This document shows positions 18,971 through 28,776 of a stretch of DNA of 64,000 nt, piece by piece. Made by a program: the position numbers and the translations under genes. Origin of the DNA: an uncultured Gemmatimonadales bacterium (lineage in GTDB: Bacteria > Gemmatimonadota > Gemmatimonadetes > Longimicrobiales > Gaopeijiaceae); NCBI GenBank assembly GCA_963809895.1, contig CAWELD010000003.1:2976001-3040000 (forward strand). Direction: 5' to 3'. Below the pieces are notes generated by a model. That model searched no databases, was not told the DNA's origin, and worked only from the letters and a program-made list of their open reading frames with translations. Each line of letters begins with the position of its first letter. The stretch's first letter is position 1.

Positions 18971-21832
18971 CTACCGGATGGGGCCTCCTTTGTGCACCTG
19001 CGGCACCCCGTACCGCATCCAGTCCGGCTCCGGAGCACCCATGAGGTAGTGGTCGAAGAACTGCTTCATGCGGATCTGGAAGTCGATCTGGTTCGGCTTG
19101 CGCGACAGGTGGTGCGGCTCATCGGGATAGGACAGCAGGATGACCTGCTTGCCGTTGCGCCGGGCCGCGTTGTACAGCTCCAGCCCCTGGTGCCAGTCCA
19201 CCGCGTTGTCGGCAGTCCCGTGCAGGATCATGAAGGGCGTGGTGATGTTGGGCACGTTGTAGAGGGCCGACTGATCCTCGTACAGGTCGGTGCTGTTCCA
19301 CGGCGTCACGTTCTCGCCCATGCGCACCTGCCCCACCTCCGTGATCCCCTGTTGCACCGTGCCGCTGCCGGGATAGAGCTCGTCGTAGAAGCTGATGAGG
19401 TTGGTCGGAGGAGCTCCGGTCACGATGGCCGCGAACATGTCGGTCTGGGTGAGGATGTACGACGACTGGTATCCGCCCCAACTGTGCCCCTGGAGCCCGA
19501 TGTGCTCGGGGTCCGCGTAGCCCAGGTCGATGACCTTCTGAACAGCGCTGGTCACGCAGTCCAGCGCCGAAGAGCCGGGCTTGCCGATCTCGTAGACCAC
19601 GTCGGGCTGGAGGACGAGATAGCCGTTGCTCGCATAGGTGGACATCTGGGGTCGGTCGTCGAACCTGGGCATGGAGAACTCGTGCTCGGTGTCCGACATG
19701 ATCTCGTAGAAGTACACGAGCATGGGATAGCGCTTGCCCGGCTCGTAGCCCGCCGGAAGCGTGAGGGTGCCCTGAAGGCGCTGTCCCTTGCTGTTGGTGT
19801 AGTCGATGAGGACCTTCTTGCCCCACGCGTACTCCGAGAGGAACGGGTCGGCGTCGGTCACCTTCACCGGATTCCGGAAGGAGGTGTCGCTGGTCCAGTA
19901 GTCCGGGAACTCCTGGAAGGTCTGCTCCGTGAAGATCACCCGGTCCGCGTCGTCGGCCTTGGACACCTGCCCGATCATCTTGTCGTCGTAGATCAGGGGC
20001 GTCGGCGACTTGCCGGGCTCGAGCCTCCAGTAGCCCGACTTCTTGGTCCACACGCCGTAGGCCGACAGGGTCAGGGGCTTCGACAGGTCGATCCCGTGGT
20101 CGTCGGAGCGGCCACCACCCCCGAAACGGCCGAAGCCGCCTCGTCCGCCTCCAGCGAGGTCGAGCCGAACCACGCGCAGTTGGATCTCCTGCTCGGCGCC
20201 CACCCCCTTCGTGAGATTCTGTGGCGCGCCATCGCCCTCCAGCGGAAGGCGCCACACGTCGTACTTGTCGTAGACCAACACCGATCGGCCGTCGCTCGAC
20301 CACCCTGCCAGGCCCCAGATGGGCCGCTCGTAGTCGTGATCGTCGTCGGTGTTCACGAAGTCCATGCCGCCGTCCACCTGGTGGCTGGTCCCGGAGCGGG
20401 CGTCGTAGGCCTGGATGTGCCCGTCCTGCAGATAGAGGAACCAGCGGCTGTCCGGTGACGTGCCCATGGTGCGCCACAGCTCGCGCGCGATGAGCGAGCG
20501 TTCCCCGCTGGTCGTGTTCACGCGGTAGTAGTCGGCGTGGCTCCCGCCCCAGGCCACCTCACCCCGATAGGTCGTGTCGTTGCGGCCCACGCCCCACGAG
20601 CCGTCGGCCACGGTCTGTACGCTGGTCATGGCGCTGTCCGCCAGTTGCACGAAGCGCCCCGAAGGCACCAGCACGGCAGCGGACAGGGTGGCCCTGAGCT
20701 CCCGCTGGAGCCGCACGATCTGCACCGATTGGACCTCCGCGTCCTTCCAGTGCCAGATGTCCACGTTGGCCGCGGGATCGTCGCTCTCCGGAAGCTTCTC
20801 CTCCTGCTGCTTGATCCCCACGAACAGCCGCGAACGATCCGGGCTCCACTCCGGCGTCGAGTACTCGCTGAGCACGTACCCGTCCGGGAAATCGCTGGCT
20901 TCGGTCGGATCGTACACGGTCTTCTTGCCACCGCTCGCGCCCAGCCCCGTCCACGCCAGCAGCACGTTGGCCTTCTGCTTCATGCCCTCGACCTCGTGGC
21001 CGCGCAGGGCGGCGAGCGCATCACCCTCGTCGCTCCAGGCCAGCCCGTCGAAGTCGGCTGCTGCCACGTCCAGCGCGCGGGTCGTTCCGGTCGCCATGTC
21101 CACCAGATAGACGCCATTGCCGAGCTGGTCCGCGGCATCCACGGTGTAGGCCAGCAGGCCCCCCGCATCGTCGAAGGCGTACTGGCCCACGTTGCCGATG
21201 TTGCGCGTCACGCCCGTGGCCAGCTCTCTCACCAGCAGGTCCGAGCCGTCGCGGGTCGTATCGGCCCGTGATGCCTTGGCCAGGTGGATGGCCAGGTACT
21301 TCGAATCGTCGGAGAAGGCGAACGCCTGCGGGTTGGGCGCCTCCCAGGTCTCGCCGCTGGCCAGATCGCGCAGCTCGAAGCGACGCTGGGCGCCACTCCC
21401 ACCTCCGGCGCCACCCCGTCCGCCCGGTGCCGGCGCGCCCCCGCCGCGACGCGCGCCCCGACCGTTCCCTTCCGGCGGACTCACGTAGTAGCCCACCCAA
21501 CGGGAATCCCCGGAGAACGTCGGCTGCGAGCCCCGCGGGATCGTGTAGGTCCGGTCCGAGTCCAGGGCCCGCACGAAAAGCGTGTCCTCGCCGTCGTTGG
21601 GACTGTAGGCGTAGGTCATCCAGGCGCCGTCCGCCGACAGCCCCGTGCCCGTGATGCGCTTCCAGCGCCCGTAGTCGTCGACGTTGAGGACACGCGGCGT
21701 CGAGTCCGACGAGGCCGCGGTGGCCGGGGCCGGTGGTGTGGCCGTGGCCTGAGCGGCGGCCGAGGCCGAGGGAACGAAAACGCAGGCGAACGCTGCGAAG
21801 GCAACGGTGATGGACCCGAGGATGCGGCGCAT
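18971..21832 (-). CDS. Secreted S9-family peptidase (beta-propeller + alpha/beta hydrolase)
   Basis: GHSWGGY nucleophile, HGTADNAV, YPDEPH; signal peptide from MRRILGS. Confidence 0.9.
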   Translation of the reverse strand: MRRILGSITVAFAAFACVFVPSASAAAQATATPPAPATAASSDSTPRVLNVDDYGRWKRITGTGLSADGAWMTYAYSPNDGEDTLFVRALDSDRTYTIPRGSQPTFSGDSRWVGYYVSPPEGNGRGARRGGGAPAPGGRGGAGGGSGAQRRFELRDLASGETWEAPNPQAFAFSDDSKYLAIHLAKASRADTTRDGSDLLVRELATGVTRNIGNVGQYAFDDAGGLLAYTVDAADQLGNGVYLVDMATGTTRALDVAAADFDGLAWSDEGDALAALRGHEVEGMKQKANVLLAWTGLGASGGKKTVYDPTEASDFPDGYVLSEYSTPEWSPDRSRLFVGIKQQEEKLPESDDPAANVDIWHWKDAEVQSVQIVRLQRELRATLSAAVLVPSGRFVQLADSAMTSVQTVADGSWGVGRNDTTYRGEVAWGGSHADYYRVNTTSGERSLIARELWRTMGTSPDSRWFLYLQDGHIQAYDARSGTSHQVDGGMDFVNTDDDHDYERPIWGLAGWSSDGRSVLVYDKYDVWRLPLEGDGAPQNLTKGVGAEQEIQLRVVRLDLAGGGRGGFGRFGGGGRSDDHGIDLSKPLTLSAYGVWTKKSGYWRLEPGKSPTPLIYDDKMIGQVSKADDADRVIFTEQTFQEFPDYWTSDTSFRNPVKVTDADPFLSEYAWGKKVLIDYTNSKGQRLQGTLTLPAGYEPGKRYPMLVYFYEIMSDTEHEFSMPRFDDRPQMSTYASNGYLVLQPDVVYEIGKPGSSALDCVTSAVQKVIDLGYADPEHIGLQGHSWGGYQSSYILTQTDMFAAIVTGAPPTNLISFYDELYPGSGTVQQGITEVGQVRMGENVTPWNSTDLYEDQSALYNVPNITTPFMILHGTADNAVDWHQGLELYNAARRNGKQVILLSYPDEPHHLSRKPNQIDFQIRMKQFFDHYLMGAPEPDWMRYGVPQVHKGGPIR

Positions 21833-21957
21833 GAGGACTCCAGGAGCGTGCCGGAGCGGAAGGGATTGATCCGGCGCCATGATGCAAGTCCCGGGGGATC
21901 ACGACAAGGCACAGGTGAGGGCCCGGGAGTCCGCGTGCGACTCCGGGCGCCTCCCGG

Positions 21958-22755
21958 CTACAGACCCTCGCCCTCGGGAAGCAGGCGGTGGAGCTCCCGG
22001 CGCCACCGGTCCGTCAGCTTCGAAATCGCGCTCGCGTCGGCATCCCAGACCGAGAGCCACACTGTGAGGTCCCTCTGTGGGGATCCCATAGCCGCCGGCT
22101 CGAGGCTCACGCGCAGGAGCCCTCCTTCCGGCTCGTTGGTCACCACGGCATGCTGCACACCCGGAACCCGATCGAATACGTCGCCGTCGACCCCCGACAG
22201 CCCGGCGGCTCCGGCCGGAAAAAGACGGGCCCACACCTCTTCGGACGGGAGGTTCGATCTGCGACGCAGGTAGACGACGTCGCGGTCCATCCCAGGGAAC
22301 CGCTCCAGGTAGTGCTTGAGCGAACGAAGCTCGAAACTCCATCCGCGGACCGTCCCCTCCACCCACGCATCCCAGGAGGCGTCGTCGGGGAATCCCGAGG
22401 TGACGACCCGAAGGCGCGTCGTGCCGCCTCGCCCGGTCAGATGGTAATCCGTCACCTGAAGGACGTCGTGGTCGTGGGCATGGAACGCCCAGCCGGTGCG
22501 CAGATGGACCGGGGGATCCCAGGCCAGGATCCGGAGCTCTCCAACGAACTCGTTCTTCCAGGAGAGTCGCATGACGCCGCCCTCGCCCGGCTCCACGCTG
22601 GCCTCCAACGGGAACCAGCGCTCCAACTCGCGAGCCTCGGTGAGCGCTCGCCAGACCCGCTCCGGAGGTGCATTGATGGTGACTTCACCAGTAGCGTTGC
22701 GCGTTCCGGTCACCTTCCCGGTATGGTTGCCTCGGTCTCGGGCAGCCATGGTCAT
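21958..22755 (-). CDS. SRPBCC/AHSA1-domain protein
   Basis: INAPPERVWRALT...WF...GTTRLRVV...GW...LKHYLE, plus a degenerate second domain. Confidence 0.85.
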   Translation of the reverse strand: MTMAARDRGNHTGKVTGTRNATGEVTINAPPERVWRALTEARELERWFPLEASVEPGEGGVMRLSWKNEFVGELRILAWDPPVHLRTGWAFHAHDHDVLQVTDYHLTGRGGTTRLRVVTSGFPDDASWDAWVEGTVRGWSFELRSLKHYLERFPGMDRDVVYLRRRSNLPSEEVWARLFPAGAAGLSGVDGDVFDRVPGVQHAVVTNEPEGGLLRVSLEPAAMGSPQRDLTVWLSVWDADASAISKLTDRWRRELHRLLPEGEGL

Positions 22756-23387
22756 GTCCCTGGTTCGGGGTGAGCAAGCGAATTCGCGGCGTCCTCATCC
22801 TTCTGGTGCACCGCGGTCACAACGCGGAACGCCCGACTGTCCGGCCCGGGCTGATGGTATCGAGCCACGACACCGGCCACAGTCTGGCTGAGCTCCGACA
22901 GGAAGCTCCGGAACTCGTCGGGTGTGGCCAGACTCACGGTGACGTCCAGACTCCCCGTCGCGAGACGGACCCCTTCCGCATGAGCTCGCTCCTGGAGCGA
23001 TACGACCTCCTGGATGACTCGCGAAGCGAGCGCAACCACGTAAGAGGCGGACAGCGAATCCCCCGAGGGCTCGAGGCCCGCGGAAAGCGAGCCGAGGGTC
23101 GCAGGATCCACGACGAAGTGCCGGGCAGACACCCGGAAGACCTTCTCCCGACCGCGCCGCATACCCTCATGTGGAACCGGCTCCAGGACGCCCGCCTCCT
23201 CCAGCGCACGCAAGTGGTAGTTGAGCCGCTGACGTTTCTCCCCCAGCCGACGAGCGAGTCCAGCGGCCGAGTCCGGGCGCCGGCGAAGCTCCTCCACCAG
23301 CCCGCGGCGCTCGGGATCCATGAGCAACGCGGCACCCGCAGGGTCGCGCAGCACGTGCAGCTCGGGGAGTGTGACGGGAGCATCCAT
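22752..23387 (-). CDS. ArsR-like winged-helix transcriptional regulator
   Basis: LLMDPERRGLVEEL...SAAGLARRLGEKRQRLNYHLRALEEAG; ATGA overlap with the SRPBCC gene; start 23387 or 23423. Confidence 0.85.
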   Translation of the reverse strand: MDAPVTLPELHVLRDPAGAALLMDPERRGLVEELRRRPDSAAGLARRLGEKRQRLNYHLRALEEAGVLEPVPHEGMRRGREKVFRVSARHFVVDPATLGSLSAGLEPSGDSLSASYVVALASRVIQEVVSLQERAHAEGVRLATGSLDVTVSLATPDEFRSFLSELSQTVAGVVARYHQPGPDSRAFRVVTAVHQKDEDAANSLAHPEPGT

Positions 23388-23427
23388 GCAGATCTCTACG
23401 GCGATATCCTCCAGAGTCCTCATAGCG

Positions 23428-23456
23428 ATTCTAGGTATGACAAATTTGTTTGTCAA
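23428..23456 (-). promoter_or_regulatory. Sigma70 promoter with overlapping palindromic operator
   Basis: Minus strand TTGACA (23456-23451), 17-nt spacer, TAGAAT (23433-23428); inverted repeat TGACAAA-N4-TTTGTCA at 23438-23455. Confidence 0.85.
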
Positions 23457-23556
23457 GTCGCTGACTTGGCTCCGCCGCGCGATCGCGCGTATCCTGGCGG
23501 TTGGGCCCTCGGCCCACGGCACTCGGATACAGACCGCCCTCAACGGGGAGCGAGCC

Positions 23557-25452
23557 TTGAACGATCCCGCCAATACCGGATCACCCCTGAACACGAGTCC
23601 GCATGCCAGCCCACCAGGTGCGCGGATCGTCTGGCACATGGTGTCCGTCCTCGCCGTGGCAACAGTCCCGGGCCAACTCCGATTCGGGCAAGCCTTCTGG
23701 GACCTTCCGGCACCGCTGACGACGCAGGTCGTTGCCATGGTGGCGGCATATCTGGCTCTCGCTCTTTCCGTGAGCTTCATCCGCCGAAGGAGCGTGCGCG
23801 CGATCGCGGCGATCCCTGTCGGCCTGGTCTGCTTCGGCCTGGCCTACCTCGCTCTCGAGAGCAACCCCGACATTCAGGTGTCCCGTGTGTTGGTGGCCCT
23901 CACGACCGGCCTGGCGATCGGCTTCGCGGTGTTGCAGACCATGATCGCCCGCCATCCGGCCGCGCCGACCGCTGCTGCGTCCGCGGGTCTGCTCGCCTTT
24001 CTCCTCCTCGGGCCCCAGCTCGGCAGCGCGGATCGGCTGGCCGACGAGCCGCCGCGTCTCATCGCCACCTCCAACCACGTGGTCAAGGCCATTCAACTCA
24101 ACGGTGTCGTGCCTCCTCCCCAGGTGGACGGTGGAGCCATCGCAGCCTTCGAGGACGGCTTCCTGGTCCTGACGGGAGGGGGGCGTTTCTACCGGGTGTC
24201 TCCCGATGCCCCGGGGGATTCCGTGCGCGTCGCAGAGATCTCACTGCCCTCTCCCTTGAATCGCGAGGCCTATCTCGCGACCCAGCCGGACCCATCAACT
24301 GCCCCCAGGTTGCGAGCCACAGACCTCCTGGTGGACACCGCACCGCCGCAGGCCCGACTTCTGGTTGCGCACCAGTATTGGAACATCGACCAGGCGTGCT
24401 ACACGATCCGCGTCTCGAGCCTCTCACTGGAAGCCCTCCGTGGAGGCGCCGGGTCATGGACGACGCTCTTCGAGACGAGCCCCTGCATTCCCATGGGGCC
24501 ACCTCTGGACGATATCCGCACCGGCGGACGGCTCGCGCTGTTGGGCAACGGCGACATCCTGCTGAGCGTGGGCGACATGGGCTACGACGGGCTGGGTTCG
24601 CCCGACCTGCCGCAGGATCCGGACGCGGACTACGGCAAGGTCATCGCCGTCGGGTCCGATGGCACTTCCCGCGTCTTCAGCACGGGTCACCGCAACCCCC
24701 AGGGGCTCACGGTTGATCGTACCGGCCGGATCTGGCTCACCGAGCACGGGCCCGAGGGTGGCGACGAGATCAACCTGGTGGAGGAGGGCGCAAACTACGG
24801 GTGGCCCCTGGTAAGCTACGGTACGGACTACGAGCTGGATTATTGGCCACCCGCCATGGGGCGGCGCGACCACGGACCGTTCACCGAGCCCCGCTACGCC
24901 TTCGTTCCATCGATCGGCATTTCGCAGGTCATCGAGGTCGGTCCCGGGCCCTTTCCCGAATGGGAGGGCGACCTCCTGGTGTCCTCGCTCCGCGCCGAGA
25001 GCCTCTACCGAGTGCGTCTCGAGAACGAGCGGGTCCTGTTCGCGGAGCCCATTCGTGTGAACCGGCGTGTGCGGGACCTGGCGCAGGGCGTGTCCGGAGA
25101 TATCGTGATCTGGGCCGACACCGGCGACCTGATCCTACTCACCGCCGCCGATCCCGTCGCCGACGGCGAGTTCCTCTACGGCCTGTGCGCGGGTTGCCAC
25201 GACGATCCTTCCGGAGCCGGATCTCTGGGTCCCGACCTGACGGGGATCCTCAACCGGCCCGTCGCCACTCGTACCGGCTACCCCTATTCGGCCGCTCTGC
25301 AGCGATTGGGCGGCCGCTGGACCGAGGAGCGCCTGAGTGCCTTCCTGCGGAATCCACAGTCGTTTGCTCCCGGCACACGCATGGAGTTCGGAGGACTTCC
25401 GGACGCCGAACAGCGATCCGTGCTCATCGAGTACCTGCGCGGCCTCCGGTAG
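23557..25452 (+). CDS. Membrane-anchored PQQ-dependent sugar dehydrogenase (GSDH) fused to C-terminal cytochrome c
   Basis: N-terminal TM helices; GGRL, SVGD, GHRNPQG, EHGPEGGDEIN, GANYGWP; CAGCH...GPDL...PGTRM; start uncertain (TTG 23557 after GGGGAG, or ATG 23638). Confidence 0.85.
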   Translation: MNDPANTGSPLNTSPHASPPGARIVWHMVSVLAVATVPGQLRFGQAFWDLPAPLTTQVVAMVAAYLALALSVSFIRRRSVRAIAAIPVGLVCFGLAYLALESNPDIQVSRVLVALTTGLAIGFAVLQTMIARHPAAPTAAASAGLLAFLLLGPQLGSADRLADEPPRLIATSNHVVKAIQLNGVVPPPQVDGGAIAAFEDGFLVLTGGGRFYRVSPDAPGDSVRVAEISLPSPLNREAYLATQPDPSTAPRLRATDLLVDTAPPQARLLVAHQYWNIDQACYTIRVSSLSLEALRGGAGSWTTLFETSPCIPMGPPLDDIRTGGRLALLGNGDILLSVGDMGYDGLGSPDLPQDPDADYGKVIAVGSDGTSRVFSTGHRNPQGLTVDRTGRIWLTEHGPEGGDEINLVEEGANYGWPLVSYGTDYELDYWPPAMGRRDHGPFTEPRYAFVPSIGISQVIEVGPGPFPEWEGDLLVSSLRAESLYRVRLENERVLFAEPIRVNRRVRDLAQGVSGDIVIWADTGDLILLTAADPVADGEFLYGLCAGCHDDPSGAGSLGPDLTGILNRPVATRTGYPYSAALQRLGGRWTEERLSAFLRNPQSFAPGTRMEFGGLPDAEQRSVLIEYLRGLR

Positions 25453-25590
25453 ACTCCCACGCCCGGGCCGGAGCCCGAGAAGGAGCCTGCACGAGACCAG
25501 ACACTTGCGACGGGCATCCCTCCCTGGTTCCCTTCTCAGACCACCACCACGTCCCGACCCTCCGTCCTAGACCGTCCGGAGTAGCGTCCC

Positions 25591-28545
25591 ATGCACAGGA
25601 AGATCCTCAGCGCCTTCGTCACCGCGAGCCTGCTGGCGGCGCCCGCCGTGGCCGCCGGCCAGAACGCGCCCATGATGTCCGAGGTGGACCCCGCCCTCCT
25701 GCAGGGCATGAGCTACCGCCTGGTGGGCCCAATGCAGGGTGGTCGGGTCACGACGGTGACCGGGGTACCCTCCCAGGCCCGCACCTTCTACATGGGCGTC
25801 GCGTCGGGCGGCCTCTTCCGCACGACGGACGGAGGCGAGAGCTGGGAGCCCATCACCGACGGCCAGGTACCGTTGGGCTCGAGCGGATCCGTGGCCGTGG
25901 CCGACACCGATCCGAACGTCATCTACTACGGCACCGGGTCCGACGGGCTCCGCAGCAACGTCTCCACCGGGCGTGGCGTGTACAAGACCACCGACGGAGG
26001 CGAAACCTGGTCCTTCGCGGGACTCCGTGACGTGGGCCAGATCGGCGCCGTCCGGATCCATCCGAGTGACCCGAACACGGTCTGGGTCGCGGCGGTGGGC
26101 GACGCCTTCAAGCCCTCGGCCCAGCGCGGGATCTACAAGACCACCGACGGCGGACAGACCTGGCGAAACCTGCTCTTCATCTCGGACAGCACGGGCGCCA
26201 TGGACGTGGAGATCCAGCCCGGCAATCCCGACGTGGTCTACGCCTGGATGAGCCGCATCGAGCGAAAGCCCTGGACCATCATCAGCGGGTCGCACGAGGG
26301 CGGCTTCTTCAAGAGTACCGACGGGGGTGAGCACTTCGAGCACATCGACAACGGCCTCCCCCAGGACCTCATCGGCAAGGGCAATCTGGCGGTGACGGCC
26401 GCGAATCCGAATCGCATCTACGCCCTCATCGAGGCCAAGCCGGGCGGCGGGCTCTACCGCTCCGACGACGCCGGCGAAAGTTGGACCATGGTCAACGATG
26501 ACGGCGCCATCGTCCAGCGGCCCTTCTACTACACGACGCTGGGGGCGGACCCCACCGACGCCGACATCGTCTACGCGGGCGCGGAGAGCTTCTTCAAGTC
26601 CACGGACGGCGGCCGCACCCTGAACCGGTTCCCGACTCCCCACGGCGACAATCACGACATCTGGATCAATCCCAACGACAACCGGATCATGATCCAGTCC
26701 AACGACGGTGGGGCCAACGTCTCCTTCGACGGCGGCGAGACCTGGTCGACCCAATACAACCAGCCCACGTCGGAGATCTATGGGATCCACATCGACCAGC
26801 ACTTCCCCTTCCGGCTCTACGGCGCGCAGCAGGACGACGGCACGCACATCATCTCCAGCGTGGCCGACGGCGGCGAGCGCAACGTGGACTGGTGGAGTGG
26901 TCCCGGTTGTGAGACCGGACCCGTGGTACCGCACCCGGACAAGCCCAACATCGTGTACGGCTCGTGCAAGGGTCAGTACGAGGTCCTGGACCTGGAGACC
27001 GGCCAGGCCAAGCAGTACTGGGTGGGCGGACAGTCCCTCTACGGGAATCCCGCCCGCGACCTGATCTACCGCTTCCAGCGCGTCTCGCCCATGGAGACGT
27101 CACCCCACGATCCCGACGTCCTCTATTACGGGTCGCAGTACCTGCACCGCACCAGTGACATGGGCGTGACCTGGGAGACGATCTCACCGGACCTGACGGC
27201 CAACGACCCCTGCTGTCAGGGCGTGAGCGGTGAGCCCATCACCCGCGACGTCACGGGCGAGGAGTTCTACAGCACGCTCTACGCCATCGCCGAGTCCCCG
27301 CATCAGGCAGGGGTCATCTGGACGGGCGCCAACGACGGCCCCTTCCACGTCACCCGTGACGACGGGGTCACCTGGACCGACGTCACGCCGCCGGACCTGC
27401 CCGAGGGCGGACGAGTAGCGTTCATCGACGTGTCTCCCCACCGCCGGGGATCTGCCTACTACGCCGTGTACCGCTACCTGCTCGGCGATTACGCCCCCTA
27501 CATCTACCGCACCGACGACTACGGAGAGAGCTGGACACTCCTGACCCCGGGCGACAACGGAATCCCCGGAGACACGCCGACGCGCGTGGTACGCGAGGAT
27601 CCGGATCGGGAGGGCCTCCTCTACGCCGGCACCGAGTTCGGGCTGTACGTGTCGTTCGACAACGGCGGACACTGGCAGCCGCTGCAGCTCAACCTGCCCA
27701 GGGTTCCCATCAACGACATCCAGGTCCACGGCGAGGACCTGATCGTCGCCACCCAGGGCCGCGCCATCTGGATGCTGGACGACCTGTCGCCGCTTCACCA
27801 GATCACGCCACGGACGAGCGTGGCCGAGGCCCACCTGTACGCGCCGCGTGACGGCTACCGGACCGCCACGGCGCCGCAGCTCCTGGGCCCGATGATCAAC
27901 TACTATCTGCCTGGCGCGCCCTCCGGCGAGGTCACCGTCGACATCCTCGACGGGTCGGGCAACACGGTGAACTCCTACAGCAGCGAGGATCGCGCGCCCA
28001 GCCAGGGCGGCCGTTTCGGCGGCTTCGGCCGTCGCGGTCCACCGCCGCCCACGGTCACCACCGATGTCGGCTTCAACCGTCTGGTGTGGAACGTGCGAGA
28101 CGAGGACGGGCTTCCGGTGCCACCCGGACGCTACACCGCCCGCCTCACCGTGAACGGGTCCATCCAGGAACAGCCCTTCGACGTCCTCATCGACCCCCGG
28201 GTCGCTGACGGCGGCGTGACCGTGGCGGACCTGCGCGAGCAGTATCAGCACAACCGCCGCATGAACGCCATGTCTCAGGAGGTGCAGGCGCTGGTACGTC
28301 GGGTGCAACAGGCCCTGGATCAGGGTGACGCCTCGATGCGGGAGCGCCTGGCGCCGGTGGTGGACCAGTTGATGACGCCGGAGGTCCGTTACAGCAAACC
28401 CGGTCTGCAGGACCAGATCAACTATCTGCGGGGCATGACGATCCGCACGGACCAGAAGGTCGGCCGCGACGCGCTGGAGCGCTACGAGACGCTCCGTCAG
28501 CAACTCGACGAGCTCACCGCCGAGGTGGACCGGATCCTGGGCTGA
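25591..28545 (+). CDS. Secreted VPS10/sortilin-like BNR-repeat beta-propeller protein
   Basis: GPMQGGRV, many (S/T)xDGGxTW Asp-boxes, RPFYY, HGDNH, GAQQD, ATQGRA. Confidence 0.9.
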   Translation: MHRKILSAFVTASLLAAPAVAAGQNAPMMSEVDPALLQGMSYRLVGPMQGGRVTTVTGVPSQARTFYMGVASGGLFRTTDGGESWEPITDGQVPLGSSGSVAVADTDPNVIYYGTGSDGLRSNVSTGRGVYKTTDGGETWSFAGLRDVGQIGAVRIHPSDPNTVWVAAVGDAFKPSAQRGIYKTTDGGQTWRNLLFISDSTGAMDVEIQPGNPDVVYAWMSRIERKPWTIISGSHEGGFFKSTDGGEHFEHIDNGLPQDLIGKGNLAVTAANPNRIYALIEAKPGGGLYRSDDAGESWTMVNDDGAIVQRPFYYTTLGADPTDADIVYAGAESFFKSTDGGRTLNRFPTPHGDNHDIWINPNDNRIMIQSNDGGANVSFDGGETWSTQYNQPTSEIYGIHIDQHFPFRLYGAQQDDGTHIISSVADGGERNVDWWSGPGCETGPVVPHPDKPNIVYGSCKGQYEVLDLETGQAKQYWVGGQSLYGNPARDLIYRFQRVSPMETSPHDPDVLYYGSQYLHRTSDMGVTWETISPDLTANDPCCQGVSGEPITRDVTGEEFYSTLYAIAESPHQAGVIWTGANDGPFHVTRDDGVTWTDVTPPDLPEGGRVAFIDVSPHRRGSAYYAVYRYLLGDYAPYIYRTDDYGESWTLLTPGDNGIPGDTPTRVVREDPDREGLLYAGTEFGLYVSFDNGGHWQPLQLNLPRVPINDIQVHGEDLIVATQGRAIWMLDDLSPLHQITPRTSVAEAHLYAPRDGYRTATAPQLLGPMINYYLPGAPSGEVTVDILDGSGNTVNSYSSEDRAPSQGGRFGGFGRRGPPPPTVTTDVGFNRLVWNVRDEDGLPVPPGRYTARLTVNGSIQEQPFDVLIDPRVADGGVTVADLREQYQHNRRMNAMSQEVQALVRRVQQALDQGDASMRERLAPVVDQLMTPEVRYSKPGLQDQINYLRGMTIRTDQKVGRDALERYETLRQQLDELTAEVDRILG

Positions 28546-28776
28546 GTCCACCGTCGCGCCCGTCGCTTCGAGGGCAAGCGGGGTGGCGTGGCCGGAGCGC
28601 GCTGACGTGGAGCGCGCCGGGTCACCTCACCCCGCTCGCCAACACTCGGACCGCCTCAGGCGACAAGAGTGGTGGACCCCTGCGGCAGAAGGCCTGCCCT
28701 CTTCGACTCGCTCGATCCGGACAGGATCCCTCCCCGAGGTCCTGAGTCCATCGAGTCTCGAGTCTGGAGAGATGTC

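Noticed and set aside
23320..23780. Extensive head-to-head overlap of the ArsR and GSDH ORFs
   Set aside because: Artefact of longest-ORF calling; the promoter and RBS positions give non-overlapping starts.
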